Origin: Gammaproteobacteria bacterium AqS3
GTDB taxonomy: Bacteria > Pseudomonadota > Gammaproteobacteria > MEIF01 > AqS3
Length of the DNA stretch: 64,000 nt
Reading direction: 5' to 3'
Assembly (NCBI GenBank): GCA_001750645.1
Contig: MEIF01000004.1
Location: 1,455 to 65,454, forward strand
The translations under genes and the position numbers were made by a program. Below are positions 15,001 to 20,236 of the stretch, piece by piece. Under the pieces are notes generated by a model. It did not search any database and was not told the DNA's origin. It saw only the letters and a list, made by a program, of their open reading frames with translations. Position 1 is the stretch's first letter. Each line of letters starts with the position of its first letter.

Positions 15001-15869
15001 ACGGCGAGGTGACCCTCAACCAGACCGACGGGCTCGAGGGCACCGCAGACCTGACCATGCAGCTGGTGTCCATCGGCGGGCGCTGGCCGGCGGCCAGGCT
15101 GGAGGACAGCACGCTGTCGTGGTCGGGCGACTTTGGCTTCAACATCCTCCAGACGCCCAAGGCCACCGATGCGGAAATCGAGGCCGCCGCGGTCGATGCC
15201 GGCAATGTGCTGCTGGACTCGCTCGACGACCTGAATGTCAGGAACATCCGCGTCAGGGGCGGGCTTGAGCTGGTGCACAACGGCATGGGCGAGACCTGGA
15301 AGGCGGCGCCGCGCATCGGCCTGCTGGTGCGGCACGACGCCGGCGACGGGGTCACCGGCACCGGCGTTGAGCTCGTCGCCGGGCTGCAGATGCGCTCGGC
15401 CGCCGAGCGCTTCAGCATCGACTTCAACGTGCGCGCACTCGGGGCGCACACTTCCGAGGAGCTCACCGACTGGGGCGCCGGCCTGATGCTGCGCATGAGC
15501 TCGCGCAACGACGGCGAGGGGCTTGAGTTTGCCGTCGGGCCGCACTGGGGCGACATCAATGACGACCTGCTCGAACGCGAGGAGGCCTTCAAGCTGGATG
15601 AGTCCGACATCAGACGCCGGCAGCTGAACCGGCAGACCCGGGGCATGAGCGCCAACATCGCCTACGGGCTGCGCACCTTCGGCGGCATGCTGACGCCGTA
15701 CTCCGAGTACCGCTTCACCAGCGGCGAATCCGGTCAGACCAACCAGGTCACCGGGCTGCGCTACATCGGCAGGGAGGCGCTGGAGCTGCGCCTGTTCAGC
15801 GAGCGGCAGATCTCGGCACGGGGCGAGTCCCAGTCGAAGCTGGGGCTTGAGCTGAACAAGCGGTTCTAG
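1..15869 (+). CDS. Giant repetitive surface adhesin (Calx-beta/cadherin-like repeats, C-terminal autotransporter-like beta-barrel); 5' end lies outside the window
   Basis: 5271-aa ORF. The frame is open upstream of the GTG at 54 (AALAGQSPTASA-QSLPAV, resembling a signal-peptide A-x-A cleavage site). Dozens of ~100-115-aa repeats with V.EG...F.V.L...P...V.V, LTFT..NW..PQ.V.V.A..D.D and V.V.D.D. From ~14300 there is a helix followed by amphipathic strands ending in LGLELNKRF. Confidence 0.85.
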   Translation, partial: AALAGQSPTASAQSLPAVNSCFRINQSVDNGVSTTGFTNDCTRSVKVSGYRGAAGESFGPITVDAGGTYPGTNLSNVHACFEYYYADDTFSPYETCPRGVSNYPTRDKSFGEFFSAVTRRSKTLLPYVSEYHEDSRATIPVRLWTFPDDNVTVTVQYYVPDDQRNRLRLDNDPNTPGDQNPALTFTAANWDRYQDVHLVFIPDDDAVQDNTKIGYTITGGGFTASGGQISNLTVRERNTVSLVTSPTTLDVAQGGTGAFTVKLGVKPKASVTVTIAQPASSTGVSVDTTPGSSGNSNTLRFTPESWNAEQAVRVLATGSAPVQSGAATLSLSGRLTPVRSSTVSDVTGSVAVNVGNANNQLLLSTTQLLITEAQSRTFDVRLASQPSSDVTVAIRVQPSSAGVTVDTDSDTAGSQTELVFTGSNWNDNQTVTVSAAHDDDRSDHLATITFTTSGSGAPSASGAQVSVIVEDDDDSIGSELPANCVSGNYITGQPVILTNHCRDQVKVTGYYWTGNTVTTLPSSKRRINSGASVEYDYDTISLCVDYNDANVQRQTGYSPCPTLSNANYSRPSRAWRVRFPSTITNHGRVPAALKLSVSSFTLVEGESGQFNIALALPPASGSANNVTVTIPQPLNSTVRFDTDPSRSGDQNTLTFTSDNWSLPQRVYVRSSEDDDAAEISETITLSASGGGSGNTSYANVTGSLALRVTETDTASLDISSTSLTVGQGNTDGFSVRLGAKPVSNVTLTIPQPAASTGVTIDTEPGMIDDQNTLTFTPRNWNLARAVRVSASDTAPVQNSAATLSLTASGSAEYSSMTGSVSISVGNMFSQLMVTPAGLALIEGEKRAFTVSLASRPLGDVRVSMSLSPSDTDVMIDADPVENDAQVELTLNDSNWNTGQMVTVLAGHDSDQDDDAATISFSAVGRNAPSGMGTEVSVIVTDDDFDPMPRLPADCVTIAAGNLRNTCPEEMAIEGYSASSNNQTQRITGANASIPGGGSRSIATQGVHACIQYRDAALQSATGYGSCPDAGNSGNYSLSAPDAAPIIYFPSTRPTNLGGPIRAGAGLKLSLTSITLVEGESNEFNVSLTSPPASGSANNVTVTIPQPSDGSVKFDTNTSQSGDQNTLTFTSDNWSRPQSVRVTTRADGDALPVSETITLTASGGGSGNSSYAGVTRNLTLRVTETHRAGLIVNPEDLQAPKNSNSTFTVRLTALPSANVTVNVSEPTGFVIDTDGTSGGARPKQLTFTTDNWSDPQTVLLFPTLSAPLGNNVATVNLSASGAGEYAGVTGSMTVDVGEAPSAVSVGPQNMLTVTEGQKGSFYVVLTRQPTGDVRVRLRRTSGNSKVFADADPLQQGTQGTLIFTRDNWAIRQTVSVFVDHDDDANPPDPATAELTLTPSGGGVDTQAPIVVVTVREDDFEATPSASTCFTVPGSSTGNFENSCAHAVKFVGSYIIPSTGNVSQFSLTWAPGSTGAIYPNANACIQYRDDSIQRDTGFGLCPARTNQNYTPTDPPTYYFPSTRPTNLGGPIRATAGFRDLPSTFTVDEGETGQLNVRLTTPPGDDVTVTLAQPAASTGVNVYTGKAAGGQNTLTFTDDNWGTTQTFFIETEDDDTADQQANVTLSFSASGGGGTNGISYAGVSDTVTLVVREKNAADFVLSTGDTGLDLIKGGSNTFTVRLASKPTANLTATLVQPPASTGVTLDTDPDTDDDQNTLAFTTGNWNAAQTVTVSAAGNAPVNNNVNIALSAAGAAEYASATGSVIVAVREPDVTLVLSKTSVDVAEGGQGSFTVRLSERPAGSVTLTATQPSNTDVTVDVDDEVKGDQTTLTFTRDNWDTARTVTVAAAHDADEFSDSATVALAITGDSVQVGVSVTDDDFSSVGESLSELGCLSHEIKRESGGRLDMKLDNNCTRTVYYKGYVTGHSRIPNRSLNASLKPGASVQFAAVYGRVCAQFSDEEQRNSGYGTCPYGQYSNYNEPSFPTPPVFALPAKLSAGFRDLPSSITVAEGSTGQFSVRLTTSPRQNAGDANVMVTIAQPAASTGLRVDTDPSTPGDQNTLTFSGDNWSTTQSVYVRSTDDDDAVMQPDVRLDLSASGGGSGDYSYAGATGSVDVSVQESDRALFVLSAERVTVSQGQIATFSVRLSSQPSETVTATLAQPSAAAGVMIDTAPSMSGLDNTLTFTRNNWNAVQNVTVLAEADAIAGSNVAVVALSTSGADEYADTTASLSVSVEESSLAVQISPRRLTVQEGGTATFTIRTSAPPSQQASSTVAWSTPAGADVTVLAAGGDEEVTINQTNWSTEQVVTVSAPHDSDGLDERIFLRFSGTNELAGINGAIDIIVEDDEDYSITVSPDEWVMSEGTVLRGSGGQSTTTQLDGVRISLSEAGNFQLHLDPHPANPALLKVGDDDDGVLLSFSSANATTPRSLKELASAGGGASSAVILEALDDSNTADETYTLTIRGRDSFAGAGSFSGISREVKLTVLDDDIGVVDVSTESLTLTEGDTTDSTLMVRLRNQPSANTSVQVELEDDANQGTAPTLVSASGTLSLTFTTDNWSRPQSVGIAVAEDTDLLDYQGTIKLTASNSSNDTFRDGEVRLIVQDNDDIELAVSEDELTIEEGDFATFTIQLEDDPGGDRTVMLESSNSDVTFRPASLKFDRDDWDDPQTVRISVAQDSDTEDETAEVDITGDRLESASLTVTISDDENFPLTLSRAALNLTEGTSENFTVSYDEDPGSSGVTFALSSNDSASAITISPTTLTFTSGNWETPQTVTLTAAEDADEEDASERIDLTLSAVASASAVASVEVSIFDNDGTPMTATPTTLALAEGADGTFTVRPQSDPGGSLTVNVTSDNADVTVDTDAVAAGSQTSLTFDSSNWTTARTVSVTAGHDADRSNDTANVVVNAIGAVAAIVVVSVTDDDPLGLELSASSVDIVEEGTESITVRLDKQPSDTVVIGFTADSADLTFESGNPMTFNSGNWSVMQTLTFSAARDSDMTDDSISVTAACDTGRSDDCTGVSGDSFTVEVDEVVKPVLSDEELQIREGQSATFMVRLDQQPAGNVNAIYNLRTDSSAIDLNPGSLEFTSANWGDDQPITITTTEDATKDDAGTEIRLEGTDGRSAGASISLQLYDDDIGLTAPARLTVSEDDSEVFNVVMDTEPLWGRTVNLRSDSSAVTVTNAQSATQSTTLTFTPDDWNVAQGVQVSAARDNNSANETATVTLGEANGYLQSASVGVTVEDNYSRLIIVEPTEIDAPEGETLVSSSEFPLTVRLSDRPSGNVRVRLVEAADNPAGLTIGPRGNGITMNFSPSDWETPKSFSLGGVNTIRLSEENADSQDTDYDLIVQNETGSGLVDDYEGAVSETVTLTVLDNDASRPVLPSAAVAVSEGGTAEFGIRLDRSPGAAGLTVTLTQPSNTDVTIDTDPGTPGDQLTLNFTASTFGTPQAVTVTAGQDDDALDDMAEIGISPFALSAGARDDSISVIVDDDEVGFVLSSDALMVDEGASTNFSVALSRSPGSDKTVTLGTAHPDLTLSSTTLEFTSGNWSTAQSVTLNVAQDPDAADETAEISFSAQDVVGRSLPVSIDDDEVLGIITTGGPLEIEEGQNGTFTVRLSQDPSLDTTVLLQSDNTEVTISPTTLDFTSANWQTPRTVTVTTVEDEDALEDKAQISLTAEGSGALPSALSVTVLDNDGVNLVFTGTPVTVQEGGLKEFTVVLDANPTVTTLMRFDVSGDADVRIDRRSYAFGAANWNQPITITVSAANDSDTDNDTAEILFTGPGVGERRVSVTVEDKDSLAFVVEAPQSPLELDEGASKEFEVRLSARPPGDINVVLVSDNSDITLTPAALSFDVNNWQANQSVRVIAGQDNDAGPDSATISLTADGVADASLSVEVEDDEANTLDLVVSRASVLVEEGATATFTVALNTSYGESDFVVTLAQPEASQNSDVTFSPTELTFAGDSWNTPQTVTVTAAQDDNAVDDEATIVLTAPDPVQSERVIVSVDDDETQGVVANPESVSISEGEQGTFGVRLVIDPGVDTSVSLIVSDPSIVTADTDADTPGNQITLDFTAGDDGNWNRLQTVTVTAASDDDAADESAIIRLIAASEGVAPFEVEISVDDTDVLGFNLPEQPSNSPLPQITEGTQQTFDVSLSLDPGVTKTVTVEPSTPSITVSPTTLTFTPDNWDAEQTITITAPEDADASGDTVSINLTAPGVESGVYSVEVVDNDSTFVVEPGSPSVNEGGTSSFTVALSLQPAGNQRATLRSGSSKFDFSPTSLRFTTDNWNQPQRITVNGLEDNDAENDSGTIELSASGVVDSEVIVEVVDDEVAFVLEPSRVPVKEGATASFQVRLNRFPGSDQSVTLTPSNSKITVSPDSAEFTTSNWNVLQRFTITSIADDDSQDENLVVDLSASGVLGASLLVSVEDNDTAGITTSEDTLLLNEGESQTFNVVLTAEPTGDVTVSLSSSDPSVSALPLSLVFDAGNWNRPQTVTVTAVDDDDAVDPGRVTITLSAAGGGFDGESSEVSVTVTDNDERGLDLPEDAVSVREEGAPATFAAKLKTRPSEEVILTFVQPENTDVTVDTDTVADGLQNTLTFTTDNWNTEQMVTVLAGHDDDAVNDTATINVTASGGDYSFDVSGQISVEVTDDDIADITLIGTGGVNLYEGQIAYFSVQLTTLPSTDIEIRIASDDEFAVSTSSGAVGNPESVDSYIIEFTDSNWNIPQRVQLSAARDADRNDEEVIITVSAQGAEYSGVSKRFRVTVKDDDASARPERERQAAKLVLAEIASAIHSSTSDAISLRFDSSRDERSATVAGHQIALDRSLTSDLAAGFAGRAGAQDTSLGRFADDRFGADRFGSDWLGGVPLQDGRPLRSGDTGGGSGPNRAALLSSFSYAITPLPLGGGNPGWSIWGRADSREFSGIVDGIDYDGMQTNAWIGFDRRADSGILFGLAFSSANGDADYTLDSFNASLETNMSTVLPYIEVTTDTGASGRMMLGIGNGEVTLNQTDGLEGTADLTMQLVSIGGRWPAARLEDSTLSWSGDFGFNILQTPKATDAEIEAAAVDAGNVLLDSLDDLNVRNIRVRGGLELVHNGMGETWKAAPRIGLLVRHDAGDGVTGTGVELVAGLQMRSAAERFSIDFNVRALGAHTSEELTDWGAGLMLRMSSRNDGEGLEFAVGPHWGDINDDLLEREEAFKLDESDIRRRQLNRQTRGMSANIAYGLRTFGGMLTPYSEYRFTSGESGQTNQVTGLRYIGREALELRLFSERQISARGESQSKLGLELNKRF

Positions 15870-15879
15870 CTTCCCGTCC

Positions 15880-15908
15880 CGCTGTCGGGGCCGGCGGCAG
15901 CGCTTTTT
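15880..15908 (+). terminator. Putative intrinsic terminator of the adhesin gene
   Basis: CGCTGTCG-GGGCCGG-CGGCAGCG hairpin followed by CTTTTT, 10 nt after the stop codon. Confidence 0.55.
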
Positions 15909-15947
15909 CGATACCTCGATACCTTGATGCTTTGACACCTCGATGAC
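15908..15947. repeat. Degenerate 8-bp tandem repeat, 5 copies
   Basis: TCGATACC TCGATACC TTGATGCT TTGACACC TCGATGAC. Confidence 0.6.
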
Positions 15948-16182
15948 CGCAGGGCTGCTCCGCTGCGGCGGATTCGGGCGGGCTCGTCGGCTCGGCGATG
16001 TGATGCCGGTGTCGGGGGGCTGCGACCGGCCGAGGGTGCGGGGACAGTCCTGACCCTTGCCCGGGCGGCGCCGAGTGGCGAAACCGATGCGCGGCGCTCC
16101 CGTCCGCCCTCGGGCAAAGGGGTTCGGTTCGGGACTTCGGGGCGTGTATCATCGCCGCCACGGACGAGTTGGGATCGACCGA

Positions 16183-16746
16183 ATGCACCACGCCAAAGAA
16201 GAAGACCCGCCCCCCGCCCAGACCGATGTGCCCGCCGATGATGCCGCCGCGGCGGAAGCCGCAGCCGGGCTGGGTCAGGCCATTGACATGGACCGCAGCT
16301 TCGAGGCGCTGGCCGAGAACAACGCCCTGATGTTTGACCTGGCGCTGCCCGCTGCGGCGCTGATCGGCTGGACGCTCGCGGTCCTGCTCGTCATGGTCTG
16401 CATCCGCGTCGGCCGTGCCCGGCGCGACCCCTCGGTGCTGCCCTACTACGGGGTCTACGACGGCGAAAACCCCGGCAGCAGGACGCTCAAGCGCATTGAG
16501 CGGCAGTTCGCCAACCTGCTGGAGGTGCCGCTGCTGTTCTACGCCCTGATCGCCCTGGCGCTGATTCTGGGGATCGCCGATGGCGTCTTTGTCGTGCTCG
16601 CCTGGGTCTTTGTCGGGCTGCGCATCCTGCACAGCATCTGGCACATCGCCGTCAACTCCGTCCCGATCCGGGGCCTGATCTGGGGTCTTGCGACCATCGT
16701 GCTGATCTGGATGTGGGTGCGGGTGATGGGGCTGATCATTTTCTAG
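16183..16746 (+). CDS. MAPEG family membrane protein
   Basis: RQFANLLEVPLLFY and LAWVFVGLRILHS motifs with about 4 TM helices. Start uncertain (ATG at 16183 or later). Confidence 0.75.
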   Translation: MHHAKEEDPPPAQTDVPADDAAAAEAAAGLGQAIDMDRSFEALAENNALMFDLALPAAALIGWTLAVLLVMVCIRVGRARRDPSVLPYYGVYDGENPGSRTLKRIERQFANLLEVPLLFYALIALALILGIADGVFVVLAWVFVGLRILHSIWHIAVNSVPIRGLIWGLATIVLIWMWVRVMGLIIF

Positions 16747-16747
16747 G

Positions 16748-17302
16748 GTGAGCCTGCGCATCATTTCCGGTCGCTGGAGAGGGCGGCGGCTGACCGTCTC
16801 GGGGCCGCCGGGCCTGCGCCCGACCTCGGATCGCGTGCGCGAAACCCTGTTCAACTGGCTCGCCCCCGACATCGTCGGGGCGCGCTGCCTCGACCTGTTC
16901 TGCGGAACCGGCGCGCTCGGGCTCGAGGCGCTCTCGCGCGGGGCGGCCTACTGCACCAGCGTCGACAGCGACCGGCGCTGCTGCGGCCGCCTGAGGCAGG
17001 TCGGGCAGGAGTGGGGCGCCGAGGGGCTGTGCGTCCACCGGCGCGACGCCATCGCCTGGCTGTGCAGCGCCGCGGAGTCCGACTTTCGCTGCGACATCGC
17101 CTTCCTCGACGCCCCCTTCTTCGAGGCCGATCTGCTGCTGAGCGCGCTCACCCGCCTGCCCCCGGTGCTGAGTCCCGGCGGGCTGGTCTACTGCGAGAGC
17201 GCCGGCGACGACTTCACCCGCCAGCAGGGCTGGAATGTGGTGCGCAGCAGCCGCACCGGTGCGGTGTGCTTCGGCCTGCTGCGGCGGGCGACCCGCTCTT
17301 GA
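16748..17302 (+). CDS. rsmD: 16S rRNA m2G966 methyltransferase
   Basis: LRIISGRWRGRRL, LRPTSDRVRETLFNWL, LDLFCGTGALGLEALSRGA. Confidence 0.92.
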   Translation: MSLRIISGRWRGRRLTVSGPPGLRPTSDRVRETLFNWLAPDIVGARCLDLFCGTGALGLEALSRGAAYCTSVDSDRRCCGRLRQVGQEWGAEGLCVHRRDAIAWLCSAAESDFRCDIAFLDAPFFEADLLLSALTRLPPVLSPGGLVYCESAGDDFTRQQGWNVVRSSRTGAVCFGLLRRATRS

Positions 17303-18045
17303 GCGGGCCGGTTCTCGTCGTGCGCGGGCTCGGCGACGCCGGGGCGAGTGCGCGCGCCCTGGTCGAGCTGGGCGTTCCCGCCGAGGCGCTGCCGGTTTAC
17401 GCCTTTGAGACGATCGCACCGCCGCGGGAGCTCCTGGAGCGGGTGCGGGCGCGCCGTTGGGATCTCGGCATTGCGGTCAGCCCGCGCGGCGTGCGGGCTC
17501 TGAATGCCCTGAAACTCGCCCCCGCAGAGCTTGCCGGCCAGTGGCTCGCAGTCGGTCCGCGCAGCGCCCGGGCGCTCGCCGAGGGCGGGGTTGCCTCGGA
17601 GCGCATCGCCGTCCCGGAGGTCTTCAGCAGCGAGGGGCTGCTCGGGACGCCGCTGCTGCACGGGCTGGGCGGGCACTCGGCGCTGCTGGTCTGCGGGCGA
17701 GGCGGCCGGCGCCTGATTCAGGATCGCCTCGATGCGCGGGGGGCGGACTGGCTGGAACTGAAGGTCTACAGGCGCATCCCGGAGGCGTTCAATCCGGAGC
17801 GATTCGCCCAGGCAGTCGAGCGCGCCGGCGCCCTCATGCTGACCAGCATTTACGGGGTGGCCCGACTGACCATGCAGGCCGAGATGTCCGGCTGCAGGCG
17901 GTCGCTCTGCCGCCTGCCCGCCTTCGCCCTGTCCGAGCGCATCGCCGAGGCCGCCCGCTCCGAGGGCTTTGCCCGCTGCAGCGTCGCCGCCGACAGCAGC
18001 ATCGACTCGCTGCACCGGCTGATCGCCGAGCGCCTGCGCGGCTAG
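17299..18045 (+). CDS. hemD: Uroporphyrinogen-III synthase (divergent)
   Basis: AVSPRGV, AVGPRSARAL, SSEGLL, GRGGRRLI, VYRR and LSERIAEAA motifs. The TTG start overlaps the rsmD stop. Confidence 0.75.
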   Translation: MSGPVLVVRGLGDAGASARALVELGVPAEALPVYAFETIAPPRELLERVRARRWDLGIAVSPRGVRALNALKLAPAELAGQWLAVGPRSARALAEGGVASERIAVPEVFSSEGLLGTPLLHGLGGHSALLVCGRGGRRLIQDRLDARGADWLELKVYRRIPEAFNPERFAQAVERAGALMLTSIYGVARLTMQAEMSGCRRSLCRLPAFALSERIAEAARSEGFARCSVAADSSIDSLHRLIAERLRG

Positions 18046-18695
18046 TCGTGGGCGTCGTGGGCGTCGTGGGTGTCGCACCCGGCGGGCATGTCGTCCCAGG
18101 GCAGCGTCCGGGCGAGCAAGCCGAACCAGCCGTACATCAGCAGCGCCAGCCACCACTCGAACAGGTTTTCGAGCCAGTCGTCGTCCTCGACCAGGGCGAA
18201 CGCCGGCAGGGCGGAAAAGCCGACCGCGAGGATGCCGATGGCGCAGGCGTTCAGCGAGCGGGAGCCGCACCCCCGGCGGTGCAGCAGCCGGGTCGTCCAG
18301 CACTGCGCAATCAGCAGGCCGACGAAGAAGAAGTAGATCCCAAAGCGGCGCATCCAGCGGTACAGCGTCCCGTCAATGCCCAGGGCGATGATGTAGATCA
18401 GCAGAAATCCCCCGGCGATGAGTCCGAGCACGGCCAGGCCGCCCCGCTTGAGCTGCTCGGCCGTGCGCATCCAGAACAGCACGAGGCAGACGATGCAGGC
18501 GACCGACACGACCTTGAACCAGACGATCGCCGGCCAGCTGCGCCCGACCTTGCTGATCGAGGCACAGCCGTCCCAGAACGGCATGCAGGGCTCGATGGCG
18601 CCCGAGGCATTGGCGATGACGAGGGCGCCCCAGATGCCCAGCAGCGAGCCGATCCAAATCGAGTGGGCGAGGGCGGCCAGGGGAATGCTGCGCAT
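18042..18695 (-). CDS. Integral membrane protein of unknown function
   Basis: About 6 hydrophobic segments, a C-x-P-F-W-D-G-C-x-S-I-S motif and a C-terminal (HDA)n tail. Confidence 0.65.
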   Translation of the reverse strand: MRSIPLAALAHSIWIGSLLGIWGALVIANASGAIEPCMPFWDGCASISKVGRSWPAIVWFKVVSVACIVCLVLFWMRTAEQLKRGGLAVLGLIAGGFLLIYIIALGIDGTLYRWMRRFGIYFFFVGLLIAQCWTTRLLHRRGCGSRSLNACAIGILAVGFSALPAFALVEDDDWLENLFEWWLALLMYGWFGLLARTLPWDDMPAGCDTHDAHDAHD

Positions 18696-19213
18696 GCGGG
18701 TCGGGACGGGGCCGGATCGGGGTCGTTAGCATAGCCCGCCGAGATGCTCCGGCCAGGTGCGCCGTCTTGATTCGGACGAGCCGCGTGCCGCCCCCCGGCG
18801 GTGCAGAGGCGTCGCACGACGGGCCGGCTTGGCGGGGGATGTCCCCGCCGGTCGGGGAGGCTGCCCGCACCGCTTGCGTCAGATGGTTCGGGTTGGGCGG
18901 TCAATGCCCGTCATGGGATGGATTTCGGATGGCGTGCGGCGATCTGAATTGCATATTGGCTGGGCTGGAATTGAATATGCACATATACAAAGGGCATCGT
19001 AGAAATATTCGCACCTGCATAGCCAAAGAACACAATGATTTGGCAGTTTTGTTTTCAGTATTTACGAGTGAGCCAACAAAAAATGGGCAGTGATGAGAAG
19101 TCTTTTTTCGAGAAGTTTGGCATGCCCTGTCGTCCAATTTTTTCCGCCATGCCAATGAAATCTCAAAATTCTAATACGTATAATCCCGGCAGAAAAAAGC
19201 GGTTGGTCTCAAA

Positions 19214-19285
19214 GGTGGAGCTTACGGGGATCGAACCCGTGGCCGTGCAGGGTGAGAAGTCTGCGGCATTCCAACTAGAAGCCCG
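19214..19285 (-). pseudogene. Degenerate tRNA-Ala/tmRNA-like element
   Basis: Minus strand has an acceptor stem CGGGCTT/AAGCTCC with G3.U70, a T-arm ACGGG-TTCGATC-CCCGT and a 3' ACC. There is no canonical D stem or 7-nt anticodon loop. Confidence 0.5.
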
Positions 19286-19811
19286 GCTCTTTGCCCCTCT
19301 CGCTCTCAGCATGGGAGCGGGAGGGGATTTTAGTCAGTGTCTAGGTTTCAACTGGTCGTCAGTCAGGTGCTTATCTATTGGTCTGGATGCGGTATTGCCT
19401 GCCTTAAACATAGTGGACTAATGCCGCAAGTTATAGTGTCCTGACCTGCGAACTCATCAACACAGTGTTGCAGATGGTCGCAATTCATTAGGTACTAAGT
19501 GCGAATATAGTCCCGTTTCAGAAGCACCCGGAATGCTCAATGTCGTTTGCATGCCCCATTCCTCGGACATATTCGTTGACGCTATGAATGACTGTCCCGT
19601 GCAATTGACCCATTGTCAAACAATTGGCGCGGGCTGCACTTGACGAGATCCTGCAATGATTCGCTGTTGGCAAAAAAGGGATGTCCCTGTCTCCTGACGA
19701 GCGGGCTTCAATCAGCCGTCGGCACCCTGATCAGGTCCGGCGCTTTGCGCCTCTTGTCGCTTCGGCGGGGGATGAGTCTTGGTCGCGGGGGCGGCAGCAC
19801 CTGAAGCCCGC

Positions 19812-19847
19812 AAAAAAGCCCCCGAAAACGGCGAAGTCTTCGGGGGC
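19812..19847 (-). terminator. Intrinsic terminator of tRNA-fMet
   Basis: Minus strand GCCCCCGAAGAC...GTTTTCGGGGGC followed by TTTTTT, directly after the tRNA CCA. Confidence 0.8.
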
Positions 19848-19852
19848 CGAGT

Positions 19853-19930
<78 letters not shown>

Positions 19931-20174
19931 CTAGGGTTTCCGGCCTGACACCCCGCAGGAGGGGGCGAACAGGGCGTACATCCTATCACAGATGCGCCGT
20001 GATCAGCCCGCAGCGGCGCTCTTCGGGGTCAATCGCCGGGCGGCATGCGACCGGGCAGAGATCGTCCCGCACCGATGAAAAGGGGCGCAGTTGGAGGCCG
20101 GTCGGGCTGTGCCTCCCGGCGCCAAACCAAACCGCAGACAAAACCGGTGCAAATCCGGACGAGCGCCTTTGCCC

Positions 20175-20204
20175 CATTGATTTTCGAAAAAGCGCCCCCA
20201 TAAT
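20175..20204 (+). promoter_or_regulatory. Putative rpoH promoter, readable as sigma32-type or sigma70-type
   Basis: ATTGAT-N14-CCCCATAA resembles the sigma32 consensus; TTGATT-N16-CATAAT resembles sigma70. Confidence 0.45.
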
Positions 20205-20236
20205 TACCCCCGTAGCCACCCTCTTGGGAGACTTCC

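Noticed and set aside
18046-18075. 9-bp repeat GTCGTGGGC x3
   Set aside because: It simply encodes the short HDAHDAHD tail of the membrane protein and is too short to imply more.
19035-19421. 128-aa ORF containing VELTGIEPV
   Set aside because: That peptide is the antisense reading of the tRNA-like T-arm and acceptor; there is no other coding signal.
19214-19600. Full tmRNA (ssrA) gene
   Set aside because: The matching 5' acceptor strand lies only 72 nt from the 3' end, leaving no room for a tag reading frame, and no tag peptide was recognised.
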